Notes under the pieces: generated by a model
What the model saw: only the letters and a program-made list of their open reading frames with translations
Database searches by the model: none
Told to the model about the DNA's origin: nothing
Shown: in pieces, positions 46,641 through 57,274 of the stretch
Layout: each line of letters starts with the position of its first letter
Numbering within the stretch: the stretch's first letter is position 1
Program-made: the position numbers and the translations under genes
Source of the DNA: a virus
Taxonomy: Duplodnaviria; Heunggongvirae; Uroviricota; Caudoviricetes
Length of the DNA stretch: 64,000 nucleotides
IMG/VR virus record: IMGVR_UViG_2721755676_000001
Reading direction: 5' to 3' (one strand)

Positions 46641-46848
46641 ACCGATATTACATCAAAGGTTAGGGTTGTAAAGCTATTATCATTTTTTCGATAGGCACTT
46701 AAAAGACCGGTTAAAGGCCATTGCACGGAGAAAAATTAGCCCAAAACAGGTAAGAAAATTAACTTGCATATGATATGAATGTATTCAGTATTGATATAAA
46801 TTTTAGTAGTATTCCTTACCATAGTATAAGTTAGAATGGATTGATTGA

Positions 46849-47061
46849 ATGAACACCACTATTTCCAGCCTAATCGCTCTTGAGATCGGACACGTACAGA
46901 AATTAGCTGATGAGTGTGTAGCTGACATCCTCACCGATCTACCGAATGAGCAGATTCAGGTTGGTGTGAATGACACAACTGGCTTTATATTCGAACTTAA
47001 CAACAAACGCTTCACGCTTCTCAATATCGGCTCCGGGTCTTTAGCCGTCAGAATCTGTTAA
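46849..47061 (+). CDS. hypothetical small protein divergent from the repressor (Cro-like position)
   Basis: 70-aa ORF preceded by TATAAGTTAG; followed by stem-loop at 47074-47106. Confidence 0.35.
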   Translation: MNTTISSLIALEIGHVQKLADECVADILTDLPNEQIQVGVNDTTGFIFELNNKRFTLLNIGSGSLAVRIC

Positions 47062-47159
47062 CCCCTCTTCTCCCTGCGCGAATGGCTTAGTTCCCTGTTC
47101 GCGCAGTGCTACATTAAACACACTAGTAAATAATTTGTTTTCATAACAAAGGATTAGCC

Positions 47160-49268
47160 ATGTCTAAAAAACGTTCCATCAAAGAGGTTCAGGACTTCCG
47201 TGACAGTGTAAAACGAGTAGTCGCTCTCCTTTCAGGTAAAAACATCCCTGTTGCAGAACGAGGGGACGACGCTTATGTACGCTATAACGATGATGGAGAG
47301 CCAATTCTCGTAAACATCCCATCAATCCCGGATAACGCAACACCGGCATTGATGAATGCTGTGCGCGGATTTCTCGATCATGAGGTTGCTCACATTTTGT
47401 TTACCGATATTCGTGTGTCCAACAAAATGAGAGAAAAAGGACGCGTTCCTTCCTGGTCGCTATGGAATGCCTTAGAAGACGTGTTCATCGAGCGAAAAAT
47501 GGGTCAGGTCTTTAACGGAACAAGACGTAATCTGATGGCAACTCAGCGCCTTATAATCGAAAAAGTCTTTAAACCAAAGGCTTCAGAGGCTATTGCTTAT
47601 TGTGGCAAAGATCAGCGCGCGCTTTTTCTAAACTTCTTTCTCTGTCCGGTTGTAAGAGCCTGGGATGGCCAAGCACCGTTCGTAGATTTCATGGATGAAC
47701 ATTGGCCTGTCATTGAGAAACCAATTTCATTATTAAAAGAACATGGTATCGATGTGGCCGTGCGTAACATGTCTTGCACCGAGGATTGTGTAAAGGTGGC
47801 TGCGACCATAGCTAAGATCCTCAAAGACACTGAAAGTGAAAGCAAAGGTAAGGAGTCAGCTCCGGGAAAAACTTCCGATCCTTCAGACGCTGACCAGACG
47901 GATGCCTCTGGAGAAAACAATGAAGACAACGAAGATCATGAGACTCCCTCAGTGTTAGATAATCACAAATCTATCAAATCAGAATCACATAGTAAGTACA
48001 AACATGATAATAACGACAGTGATGATTCAGATAATTCTGAATCATCAGAAACAATATTCGATGATACAGAAAATGATAAAGAGGTATCAGATTCTGATGC
48101 TTCTGATAACGCGGCGTCAGAATCATTAACCGCTGACCACGAAAAAAGAAAAACGACAGAAGACGGCTCTTCAGATATCCCAACTCCGTCAAAAATGAGT
48201 CTGGAAGAGGCTTTAGAGGAGCTGGATAGCATAGAAGATGAAGTCGGAGGCATGACAGAAGATGCTCTATCCGAAACGATTAAAAGCGAGTTAACAGAAA
48301 GCTCGAAAAGCGAATACAGGCCATACAATCGCTCATACGACTTCATCGGCTCGATTGATCAGGCAGAAGCCCATATCAAACGGCTTATTAAAACATTCTC
48401 CGATATTGATTTGGGAGGATATCCAATCAGCCGCTATCGCATCGTTCCTGAAGGCAACCAGCTCTTCGACAAATATATTGAAAAGCATCTTTCGTCAGGT
48501 GTTTCGTCGACGCTGGCAAAAGACCTGGAGCGAGCAATAGCAAGCAGAAACAGAGTTCAGTTTATACCGGGCCAGCGTCGGGGGCGCATTCATGGTTCTA
48601 GTATCTACAGATTAGCAATGAATGATGCTCGCGTGTTTCGTAAAAAAGAAGAATCTAAAGCCGTTAACGCCTGTGTTCAACAAGTGATTGATTTATCAGG
48701 TTCAATGAGTGGTATAACGATTAAACTGGCTCTTGCAAGTGCATATACCATCGCCGATGCCCTTGATCGAATAAATGTTCCCAACATTATCACCGGCTTC
48801 ACTACATTTGGTAGTCATATGGCGGCAGGAGAACTTAAGGCTGTCAAGTATGAGTTCTCTCGCTTTGAATCTTTAATGCTACCTATCATCAAAAATTGGA
48901 ATGAAAAGGTAAATTCTCGCGAAGTTCGCTCACGTATGGGGTGCGTAGGCTACACATTCCCACTTCTTAATAACGTGGATGGTGAAAGCATAGCCAGCCT
49001 TGCATCGTTATTTTCCGGTCGCATGGAGGACAGGAAGATCATGCTTGTTCTGAGTGATGGCGCGCCGTGGGCTGTTGGGAGAGGTTTTGACGCTCATTTG
49101 CGTTCAGTTGCGAAGCAAATTGAAACGCAGACTGATATTGATTTGATGGCAATTGGCATCATGACTGACGCACCGGAGAAATTTTACTCAAATCATGCCC
49201 TGGTAACGAGCGTTGATAGTCTTGGTTCATCTGTAGTTACTGAACTATCTCGTATCATTTTAAAGTGA
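47160..49268 (+). CDS. CobT-like protein with C-terminal von Willebrand A domain
   Basis: MIDAS motif VIDLSGSMSG in C-terminal domain; long acidic Asp/Ser/Glu-rich linker; paired with downstream AAA+ ATPase. Confidence 0.7.
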   Translation: MSKKRSIKEVQDFRDSVKRVVALLSGKNIPVAERGDDAYVRYNDDGEPILVNIPSIPDNATPALMNAVRGFLDHEVAHILFTDIRVSNKMREKGRVPSWSLWNALEDVFIERKMGQVFNGTRRNLMATQRLIIEKVFKPKASEAIAYCGKDQRALFLNFFLCPVVRAWDGQAPFVDFMDEHWPVIEKPISLLKEHGIDVAVRNMSCTEDCVKVAATIAKILKDTESESKGKESAPGKTSDPSDADQTDASGENNEDNEDHETPSVLDNHKSIKSESHSKYKHDNNDSDDSDNSESSETIFDDTENDKEVSDSDASDNAASESLTADHEKRKTTEDGSSDIPTPSKMSLEEALEELDSIEDEVGGMTEDALSETIKSELTESSKSEYRPYNRSYDFIGSIDQAEAHIKRLIKTFSDIDLGGYPISRYRIVPEGNQLFDKYIEKHLSSGVSSTLAKDLERAIASRNRVQFIPGQRRGRIHGSSIYRLAMNDARVFRKKEESKAVNACVQQVIDLSGSMSGITIKLALASAYTIADALDRINVPNIITGFTTFGSHMAAGELKAVKYEFSRFESLMLPIIKNWNEKVNSREVRSRMGCVGYTFPLLNNVDGESIASLASLFSGRMEDRKIMLVLSDGAPWAVGRGFDAHLRSVAKQIETQTDIDLMAIGIMTDAPEKFYSNHALVTSVDSLGSSVVTELSRIILK

Positions 49269-49363
49269 ACAAAACAGCCTTTACGATAAGTAACCACTTA
49301 CGATATATAATGATATATTTATATAAGAAGTTGAACGCTCATTAGAGAACAAAGGAAAAACGC

Positions 49364-50599
49364 ATGACGACTACTGCACTGCAAAATGAAAAAAATCCTT
49401 CTGATTACCTTGTTTGCAAGTGGTGCGGCAAATCATTTCACTATTTTAAGTCCCATGTAGCCAATGGTAATTGCGAGGGCATTCCTGAGTCAGTAAAAGA
49501 TGCCGATCCTGACACCGTACTGAAAATGTACACAACGCAGTTTCCAGATGAACCAACGCTATCGAAAAAGGCACTTGATGCAATTCAAGCTAAACGTGCC
49601 GAGCAAAAAAGCGAAATGGCCAAATCTTCTGGCTTGACCAGTAGCCCTGGCTACACAGGCACAGTTGAGTACAAGACAGATCTGGTCGCAGCTCACGAAC
49701 TGCTAAACGTAACAGTGGAAGAACTCGGAACAAAACGTGGGACGCCGCTCATGGTTAGCGTCAACGTCAATACGCCGTATCCAGAGTTCGTTCCCGAAGT
49801 GAAGAAAGGCTACGTATATGGCGACTTCGAACTGATCAAAGATATTTTCATGATGCTTGAACTTGGCATACCTGGCTATTTGTGGGGTCATGCAGGAACA
49901 GGCAAATCGTCATTGCCTACACAGCTATGTGCTTTGCTCAATCGTCCGTTGATCCGTGCCCAACATACAGCATCAATGGAAGAGGCACATGTTACGGGGC
50001 AAATTCTGGCGCGTGATGGCTCTACGTATTTCGAACCTGGCTTGCTTGCGCTCGCAATGAAGCATGGCTGGGTTTACCTCGCGGATGAATACGACTTTGC
50101 GTTTCCACAAATTCTTGGCGTGTATCAGCCAGTGCTGGAAGGTGAAGCGTTGGTCATCAAAGAGGCAACTCCAGAATGGCGTCGCATTACTCCGCATGAA
50201 CGGTTTGCTTTCATTGGCACTGGCAACACGAACGGATCTGGTGATGAAACCGGCTTGTACCAGGGTACAAACATCCAGAACGCCGCGAACTTTTCGCGTT
50301 TTGGCATCGTTTCGAATGTGAAATACATGAGCAAAGACGCAGAGATCAACATGTTGACAAATGCAGGCATCGTGGATGAATACGCTGAAAAGATGGTTAA
50401 GTTTGCCGGTATCGTTCGCGATGGATACGAAGAACACCTCATTAGTCAGCCAATTGGCCCTCGTGAACTTTTGTTGTCGGCCAAGATTGGAATGATGCGA
50501 GGCGACTTTGTGACAGGTATTGAGCGTTCTTTCATTAACAAACTCCCTTCAGCTTCTGCACAAGCGGCTCGTGAAGTTGTTCAAAAAATATTTGGTTAA
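49364..50599 (+). CDS. CobS/MoxR-like AAA+ ATPase
   Basis: Walker A GHAGTGKSS, Walker B VYLADEYD; AAAGGAAA RBS. Confidence 0.75.
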   Translation: MTTTALQNEKNPSDYLVCKWCGKSFHYFKSHVANGNCEGIPESVKDADPDTVLKMYTTQFPDEPTLSKKALDAIQAKRAEQKSEMAKSSGLTSSPGYTGTVEYKTDLVAAHELLNVTVEELGTKRGTPLMVSVNVNTPYPEFVPEVKKGYVYGDFELIKDIFMMLELGIPGYLWGHAGTGKSSLPTQLCALLNRPLIRAQHTASMEEAHVTGQILARDGSTYFEPGLLALAMKHGWVYLADEYDFAFPQILGVYQPVLEGEALVIKEATPEWRRITPHERFAFIGTGNTNGSGDETGLYQGTNIQNAANFSRFGIVSNVKYMSKDAEINMLTNAGIVDEYAEKMVKFAGIVRDGYEEHLISQPIGPRELLLSAKIGMMRGDFVTGIERSFINKLPSASAQAAREVVQKIFG

Positions 50600-50601
50600 T
50601 C

Positions 50602-50805
50602 GTGCGTAAAGGATGTTTCGGCTCTCTTATCGCTGCTTCTGAAACTGGTAAGGCTTGTCTGGTGTGTCCAGACAAGCCCGATTGTCACCAATCAGCAAAA
50701 GAAGTTGCGATTTCGATGCATGGGAAGTTCGTAGGCTTCCCCAATGACAAAATCAAAAAAACCAGAAAGGTAAAAACACATGAAGGCACTGATGGTTCGA
50801 ACTGA
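50602..50805 (+). CDS. hypothetical small Cys-rich protein
   Basis: 67-aa ORF with C-x13-C-x2-C-x5-C pattern; overlaps polymerase start. Confidence 0.35.
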   Translation: MRKGCFGSLIAASETGKACLVCPDKPDCHQSAKEVAISMHGKFVGFPNDKIKKTRKVKTHEGTDGSN

Positions 50806-53800
50806 CTTCTCACTTGGGGAGTCGGCTCTAAAAGCAGAAAACGCGGTGAAGATTGCCAGAGAAGCTGGCTACACCGCTGTAATTTCAGCAGATAGCATGA
50901 ATATTGCGAGCGTTATTCCACTACAACGTGCCGCTGGTGACGACATGGCGGTTATTTGTGGTGTGAAACTAAACATTGTTGATGATCCCACATACGAGCA
51001 CCGGGCTAAACTTGCTAAAGAATCTATGAGATGTATGGAATCATTAGAGCGAGGACGTAACTACTCGTTTACCGCTCTAATTAAAAATGAGAAAGGATAT
51101 CGCGACATCTGCGAACTAATGACGGCGGCCAACACACGAGAACAGTTCTACTTTGTACCGCGTCTCTCGCTCGAACAGTTGGTTTCTACATATGCCAAAG
51201 GCAACATCATCCTGCTTACTTCCGACATCGGTAGCGTGTTCCAACGCAACGATTTTGCAAAAATCATAAGCACACTGATTACAGCGGGTGGAAAAGACAA
51301 CTTCTATAGTGTGGTTTATCCGCACCCTACCCCATTCTACGACCAGATTAACGTCCGGGCGATGAAAGTCGCCAGCGCATTGAAAATAGAGCCAGTGGCG
51401 TTCTATCCCGCTTATTACGAATCGATCGACGATGCAGACATTAAAGACATTGCGCACATGGTTACGAACAACATCAAAATCGACCAGCCGCATCGTCTGC
51501 GTATCCCCCACCAGCGAGATAACGCCGTCAATGGTCGCCGCCATCTCCTTGAGGCGCTTAAAGCCTTCTCCGTTCGCATGGATGTGCCGGTAACAGCTGC
51601 AATGGCCTCAACAACGCAGGATACCATTATCGATGCCTGCACATGGCGCTGGCATGAATTGCCGCCAGCACTGCCAAAGATGGCAGACGACGAGCCTGCA
51701 ACGCTGATGAAACTGGCTGTTGCAGGGCTGCGTAAACGTCTTACCACAAAAGAGTTTGGCTACACACCACCTGCTTCTGAGAACAGGGTTTATGTTGAGC
51801 GGCTAAAGTACGAAATGGACACGCTGACTCGCCTGGGATTCTGTGGTTACTTCCTGATGGTGCGCGATCTGATGAATCATAGTTGTGAAACTGGCATTCC
51901 CGTTGGGCCTGGTCGTGGTTCCTCTGCCGGTTCTCTGGTGGCGTGGTGCATAGGCATAACCAACGTCGACCCAATCCGTCACGGTCTTCTGTTTGAGCGT
52001 TTCATCAACCCTGAGCGTCTCGACTTGCCGGATGCGGACTTGGACTTCAGCCAGGCACGTCGCCATGAGGTGATCGAGTATCTGAATGAACGCTACGGCG
52101 AAGATTACGTTGCAGGCATTCCGAACTTCACCTACCTGGGCGCAGCCTCTGCACTACGTGACACCGCTCGTATTTATGGTGTGGAGTCCGCAGATATGGC
52201 GGTATCAAAAGAGCTGAAGAACGTCGAGGATGATAGCCTTCCATTGGAAGAGCTGCGCGAACAACTGGCAAGTCTCGACAAATACGCAACAAAATATCCT
52301 GATGCATTCAATGCAGCCTGCAAGTTACAAAGTCTTATGCGTGGCTTTGGTAGACATGCGGCAGGGATGATCGTAGCAGGTGTTCCTCTGACAGAACGTA
52401 CACCGGTTGAACGCCGTGGTGACGCGCGTTGTATCGCATTTGACAAGCGTTACTGCGAGGCTATGGGCCTAATTAAACTGGACGTACTTGGTCTGGCAAC
52501 TCTCGATTTGCTCGATAGTGCAAAACGCTACATAAAAGAGAACACAGGTGAAGATATCAATCTTGATGCCATTTCTCTTGAAGATCGCAAGGTGCTGGAT
52601 GGTTTTGCTGCTGGGTACACTCAAGGTGTTTTCCAGCTTGAATCAGGCCCAATGCGCAAGCTGCTTAAAGATTTAGGTGGTGGAATTGAGCCAATGAGCT
52701 TTAAAACGGTTGTTGCTACGACTGCGCTCTTCCGGCCGGGGCCAATTCAGTCAGGCATGTTGGATGACTATGTTTCTGTAGCCAAAGGCTTTATGACGCC
52801 GGAATCATTACACCCCGTTCTTGATGAACTTACCGCAGAAACAAATGGCGTGATTCTCTATCAGGAACAGACGATGAACGCGACTCGATTGCTTGCTGGC
52901 TTCACAATGGCTGAAGCTGACGGCGTTCGTAAAGCGATCGGCAAAAAAGACATGGAAAAAATGAAGAGCATGGGCGAGAAGTTCATCGTTCAGGCTCAAG
53001 CTGGCTGGATAGACGTTGAGCTGGAAGATGGCACTACACAGCGCATTCACCGTGCGGAACATTTTAAATGCGAAGACGGAACTCTGAAAACTGTCGAAGA
53101 GGCACTTGAGTACGGCGCAAAACTACCTATAAACGCAGTACGCGTTACAGCGTCACATCCAGGGCTATCAGAGATGAAAGCGAAGGAGATCTGGACCGCA
53201 TTCGAAAAGAATGGTGCCTACCAGTTCAACAAATCACACTCTGTTGCTTACTCCTTAATCAGTTATCAATCTATGTGGTTGAAAACTCATTATCCCGCGG
53301 AGTTCTTCGCTGCTGCTCTCACTATTCTTGGCGAAGATAAACACCAGGGGCTGGTTAAAGATGCGCTGACCTATGGTATTCGCGTATTGCCACCAGACGT
53401 TAACGTGTCATCTAACCGAATCGAGATCCGCACGCTTGAAGATGGCAGCCAGGTGCTGTATGCGCCCTTCTCTGCTGTGAAAGGGTGTTCTGAGAATGGC
53501 TGCCAAGCCATCATGAGAGCGCGAGAAAAAGTTGGCGGCAAATTCGAGTCACTGGCGCAATTCGAAGAAGCTGTCGAGAAACGTGCCTGTAATAGTCGAG
53601 TGCGCGAATCGCTGCAAAAAGTAGGGGCGTTTGCATCCATCGAGCCAGGCAGTCTGCCAGCAACTGATCCAGAGCGCCTACGCGACCAGGCTGAATTGAT
53701 GGGAAACCTTGTCATAGATGCAGTTAAAGCCTCACGTCCGTTTGAGATGAACCCCAAACGTTCGGCTGAAATTAACGTACTCATGACGCGGATGGCGGCT

Positions 53801-54298
53801 GAAATGGGCTTAGGTGATGAACTAATCCGCCCCAGCATTGGTATTAAGCCGAAAATCATGATCATTCTGGACAATGCGAACGGCAATGATGCTCGAACCG
53901 GTTACTTTATGGAGAACGGATACGACGACTTTAAGGCCAAGCTATTGACGGCTGGAGATTTACGCATGGGCGATCTCTATGTCACAGGTGTTTGCAAGAA
54001 GGTTAAAGACAAAGAAAAAGACTACACCAAAGACGAGATCGGCCAGTTCACCGACTTTATGCGTGAAGAGATCAATCTGGTGCGTCCGACCTATGTGCTG
54101 ACGTGTGGCAGCCGGGCAACTTCATTGTTTAACAACAAAAACAAGCCATCCGATTTGGTCGGCAGGAAGGAGTATCTTCCAGACCTTGACGTTACTGTCT
54201 TTTACGGGTTTAACCCCAACATTCTTTACTTCAGACCTGAAGAGGGAGAACGACTAGAAGCGATATTAGCCGACGTAGCAGAAACCATTAAGACGTGA
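50780..54298 (+). CDS. DNA polymerase III alpha subunit-like (DnaE-type) replicative polymerase
   Basis: N-terminal PHP-like domain; block GYFLMVRDLMNHSCETGIPVGPGRGSSAGSLVAWCIGITNVDP...LLFERFINPER closely matches the conserved DnaE polymerase core. Confidence 0.9.
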   Translation: MKALMVRTDFSLGESALKAENAVKIAREAGYTAVISADSMNIASVIPLQRAAGDDMAVICGVKLNIVDDPTYEHRAKLAKESMRCMESLERGRNYSFTALIKNEKGYRDICELMTAANTREQFYFVPRLSLEQLVSTYAKGNIILLTSDIGSVFQRNDFAKIISTLITAGGKDNFYSVVYPHPTPFYDQINVRAMKVASALKIEPVAFYPAYYESIDDADIKDIAHMVTNNIKIDQPHRLRIPHQRDNAVNGRRHLLEALKAFSVRMDVPVTAAMASTTQDTIIDACTWRWHELPPALPKMADDEPATLMKLAVAGLRKRLTTKEFGYTPPASENRVYVERLKYEMDTLTRLGFCGYFLMVRDLMNHSCETGIPVGPGRGSSAGSLVAWCIGITNVDPIRHGLLFERFINPERLDLPDADLDFSQARRHEVIEYLNERYGEDYVAGIPNFTYLGAASALRDTARIYGVESADMAVSKELKNVEDDSLPLEELREQLASLDKYATKYPDAFNAACKLQSLMRGFGRHAAGMIVAGVPLTERTPVERRGDARCIAFDKRYCEAMGLIKLDVLGLATLDLLDSAKRYIKENTGEDINLDAISLEDRKVLDGFAAGYTQGVFQLESGPMRKLLKDLGGGIEPMSFKTVVATTALFRPGPIQSGMLDDYVSVAKGFMTPESLHPVLDELTAETNGVILYQEQTMNATRLLAGFTMAEADGVRKAIGKKDMEKMKSMGEKFIVQAQAGWIDVELEDGTTQRIHRAEHFKCEDGTLKTVEEALEYGAKLPINAVRVTASHPGLSEMKAKEIWTAFEKNGAYQFNKSHSVAYSLISYQSMWLKTHYPAEFFAAALTILGEDKHQGLVKDALTYGIRVLPPDVNVSSNRIEIRTLEDGSQVLYAPFSAVKGCSENGCQAIMRAREKVGGKFESLAQFEEAVEKRACNSRVRESLQKVGAFASIEPGSLPATDPERLRDQAELMGNLVIDAVKASRPFEMNPKRSAEINVLMTRMAAEMGLGDELIRPSIGIKPKIMIILDNANGNDARTGYFMENGYDDFKAKLLTAGDLRMGDLYVTGVCKKVKDKEKDYTKDEIGQFTDFMREEINLVRPTYVLTCGSRATSLFNNKNKPSDLVGRKEYLPDLDVTVFYGFNPNILYFRPEEGERLEAILADVAETIKT

Positions 54299-54423
54299 TC
54301 CCATAAACATGGCCTCTATGGCCATGTTTTCTCTTATCCCCTCATATCCCCTATCCTCGAACTCCTTGCCTTATCATCACAATGATATAATCAATATAAG
54401 ATGATAAGTAAAAAGGAAAGCAC

Positions 54424-54855
54424 ATGATCACCGATATTTACGAGAAAATAATGTCTGATCTCGAGTTTGACCGAGACAATCTGGAGGAAGTCTGGCGTAG
54501 ACAACCCCGCCTTTTAATGGAGTATGGCTCAAAACTCGCTCATGCAGAAAGAAGTGTCGCAGAGGCAAAACTTAACCTTGAAGCTGTTGAAGCAAAGCTA
54601 TACGACACAGAGCGTAAGAACTTGAGTATGAACGGCATTAAGTTCAACGAATCTGTACTGGACGCTAAGGTTAAAACAAACCCACAGTATCTGTCTAAAA
54701 GGCAGAAGTTGGATGAAGCACGGCACATCGCAGACATATACAAACATGCTGTCGCCGCCTTTTCGCATCGCCGAGACATGATCGTTCAGGCGTCAAAGAT
54801 GGCCATCGTTGAATTAGAGCGATTAGGCTCTGAACGCTTTATTACTCCCCGTTGA
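54424..54855 (+). CDS. hypothetical helical protein (speculatively a recombination mediator)
   Basis: 143-aa ORF with AAAGGAAAG RBS; no secure motif. Confidence 0.45.
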   Translation: MITDIYEKIMSDLEFDRDNLEEVWRRQPRLLMEYGSKLAHAERSVAEAKLNLEAVEAKLYDTERKNLSMNGIKFNESVLDAKVKTNPQYLSKRQKLDEARHIADIYKHAVAAFSHRRDMIVQASKMAIVELERLGSERFITPR

Positions 54856-54860
54856 TTTTT

Positions 54861-54889
54861 GATAGATAATAAGTAAGTACTGATCTATC
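54861..54889 (+). promoter_or_regulatory. dyad motif GATAGATAATAAGTAAGTACTGATCTATC
   Basis: Read directly; 7-bp inverted arms GATAGAT/ATCTATC around TAAGTAAGTA core. Confidence 0.4.
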
Positions 54890-54972
54890 ATTTAACAGCT
54901 CGAAAGAGCCACGAATGAACGAAAGCCCAACGCGCATAGCGCCATCGGCCAAATCACAACAAGGAGAAACAC

Positions 54973-56001
54973 ATGTCTAAGACATTACTTGATTTGCTTA
55001 ACAAAACTCGTGAAGACATTGCCGCCAAACGTGGTAACAACGTTGATCTGACTCGCTTAAAAGACGGCGTCAACTATATCCGCATCTTCCCGAATAAAGA
55101 CGACCCAAACGGTAAGTTCTTCCAGACTTTCGGTATGCACTACGTTAAGTATCAGAACGAGGAAGGTAAAGAAGCAACCAACGCTTATATTTGTGAGCAA
55201 CATACTCACGGTCGCGCTTGTCAGCTATGCGAAATGGTGATGGAAGGTCGCGCTCGTCACAAGGGTAACAAAGCAATGGAAGAACGCATCGGTCAAATGC
55301 GTGCCACTCCTCGCTACCTGGTCAACGGCATTCTTTCTGCTCGTGAGGATTTCGCAGATGCTGAGAAATGCCAGTTAATCGAGCTGCCGTCTACTGTATT
55401 CGATGATATCTGCAAAGCAATCACCGAAGACATCGCTGATGATATCGGCAATCCACTGAGCAAAGAGGAAGGCTACGCATTCCTGATTAAACGTACTGGC
55501 TCTGGTCGCGATACCAAATATGACGTCTCGCCTAAGCGTAAAGTCTACAAAGGCGATATCGAAGATAAATTCTGGAATACCCAGCATGATCTGATCGCAT
55601 ACGCAAATCAGGCTGATGAAACTCGTCTTCTGTCGACAGTTCGCACTATGGGTCGTCTGATTGGCATCGCTGCACCAACTGCCGCAGCATCTGCACCAGC
55701 AATTTCCTCAACCGCGAAAACATCGGCTGCGGCACTACCTGGATTTGGCTCTGTCACTGGTCATACGGAGGGTGCGACGGCTGTAGCTACCGCTCATACC
55801 CCAGCTTCTGAACCAACCAGTCTGGTTGATGAAGAAATCCTCCGTGCCGTTGAAACTGAATTTAAACCAGAAGCAAGTTCCGCTGCCGTTGCAGTATCAG
55901 TCAAAGAGTCTGAAGCAGTCGCAGCGACATCTGTAGCAGCCGCATCTGCGACGGAAGATGAAGGTCTGGATGACCTACTGAGAGAGCTGGACTCTCTGTA
56001 A
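54973..56001 (+). CDS. putative single-stranded DNA-binding protein (gp32-like zinc-binding type)
   Basis: Cys/His cluster CEQHTHGRACQLCEM; acidic C-terminal tail EDEGLDDLLRELDSL; position in replication module. Confidence 0.5.
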   Translation: MSKTLLDLLNKTREDIAAKRGNNVDLTRLKDGVNYIRIFPNKDDPNGKFFQTFGMHYVKYQNEEGKEATNAYICEQHTHGRACQLCEMVMEGRARHKGNKAMEERIGQMRATPRYLVNGILSAREDFADAEKCQLIELPSTVFDDICKAITEDIADDIGNPLSKEEGYAFLIKRTGSGRDTKYDVSPKRKVYKGDIEDKFWNTQHDLIAYANQADETRLLSTVRTMGRLIGIAAPTAAASAPAISSTAKTSAAALPGFGSVTGHTEGATAVATAHTPASEPTSLVDEEILRAVETEFKPEASSAAVAVSVKESEAVAATSVAAASATEDEGLDDLLRELDSL

Positions 56002-56017
56002 TCCCATTACGTGACCA

Positions 56018-56046
56018 GTAAGGCGTCTACGGACGCCTTACTTTTT
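56018..56046 (+). terminator. intrinsic terminator (GTAAGGCGTC-TACG-GACGCCTTAC + TTTTT)
   Basis: 10-bp stem plus T-run directly after SSB-like gene. Confidence 0.75.
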
Positions 56047-56061
56047 GGAAGGAATGTACCG

Positions 56062-57006
56062 GTGAATTATCTCTTCGTAGATGGCAATAGCCTGGGTTAT
56101 TACCACCAACAATCTGACAAATTGCACAACGGCGAAATGGAAGTACAGGCTGCTTTCGGCTTTGTTAAGAACGTCCGTCGTTATGCCTCCATCCTCCATG
56201 CCCGACCTATGATTCTTTGGGATGGATTTAGTGACAAGCGTCGCGACTTTTACCCGGACTACAAAGCAAATCGCGACGACGATCCTGATATGAAAAAGAT
56301 GAAGGAAGGCTTTGCTATCCAGAAGCCATACATCCTCAAAATGATGACCGCGCTTGGAGTTACCCAACTCATTGCAAAAGATGCAGAAGCGGATGATCTG
56401 GCCGGGCTGCTGGTATCCCGCATGGCAGCGCAGCCAACCGTTGAACACATCTATCTGTTAACAGGCGATAGCGACTGGCTTCAGTTAGTTCGCGAAAACG
56501 TAAGCTGGGTAAGCCTGCGTGAAGACGCCAAAAACAAGCAGGTTAATTTTGAGCAATTTGCGGAGCTGACAGGATTCGCTACTCCTCGCGCATTTTTGGA
56601 AGCAAAAGCATTACAAGGCGATAAATCGGACAACATTAGCGGTGTTGGTGGCATTGGTGCTGGCGGTGCGAAAGAGCTGCTGCATGAATGGGGAAGTGTC
56701 GCAACGATGGTACGCGGCATCAACGACGGCTCAATCGTGGTTGACAAAGGACGCCATAAGACCGCCTTCAACAAACTAGCGAAGAATGCCTTCAACGAGA
56801 AAACAGGCTGTCGAATGCTCGAAGCGTTCAAGAGAAACATCACGCTAATGAACCTGATTGAGACGAAGTTTCCGCCTACCGAAATCGAAACAATCAAAGG
56901 CAATCGTGACGTGAAAGCATTCGAGCAACTGTGCTACGAGCTGAATTTCCGTTCGTTCCTTGAAGACCTTGAAGTGTTTGTTCTTCCATTCGAAAGGTAT
57001 TGCTAA
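56062..57006 (+). CDS. 5'-3' exonuclease / flap endonuclease (Pol I N-terminal domain-like)
   Basis: N-terminal LFVDGNSLGYY and H3TH-like GDKSDNISGVGGIGAGGAKELL; GTG 56062 with GGAAGGA RBS (track ORF start at 56011 lies inside the terminator). Confidence 0.75.
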   Translation: MNYLFVDGNSLGYYHQQSDKLHNGEMEVQAAFGFVKNVRRYASILHARPMILWDGFSDKRRDFYPDYKANRDDDPDMKKMKEGFAIQKPYILKMMTALGVTQLIAKDAEADDLAGLLVSRMAAQPTVEHIYLLTGDSDWLQLVRENVSWVSLREDAKNKQVNFEQFAELTGFATPRAFLEAKALQGDKSDNISGVGGIGAGGAKELLHEWGSVATMVRGINDGSIVVDKGRHKTAFNKLAKNAFNEKTGCRMLEAFKRNITLMNLIETKFPPTEIETIKGNRDVKAFEQLCYELNFRSFLEDLEVFVLPFERYC

Positions 57007-57272
57007 TGCTTAAATCGATTATCAATGGCGCTACAACCACCCCTGCCCAACTGGCAAAAGAGATTGTCTTTTATCACGGTGAGTACGCTGTCATCGCACT
57101 GCCGTCAATTCTAGGCGCTGCCGGAATGAAAGCGACAGATCGCGAGTTTGGATTAGTCAGCGAGCAGGTCGTAAAAATCCTCGCTCGTGTATCCAGACTC
57201 CTTAACCACGATGCGATTGTATTCGACGAATCCGCCGCTTTAAAACGAATCAACGAAACAAAAGGAGCCTGA
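57006..57272 (+). CDS. hypothetical small protein
   Basis: ATG overlapping upstream stop (TAATG); AAGG RBS. Confidence 0.45.
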   Translation: MLKSIINGATTTPAQLAKEIVFYHGEYAVIALPSILGAAGMKATDREFGLVSEQVVKILARVSRLLNHDAIVFDESAALKRINETKGA

Positions 57273-57274
57273 TC

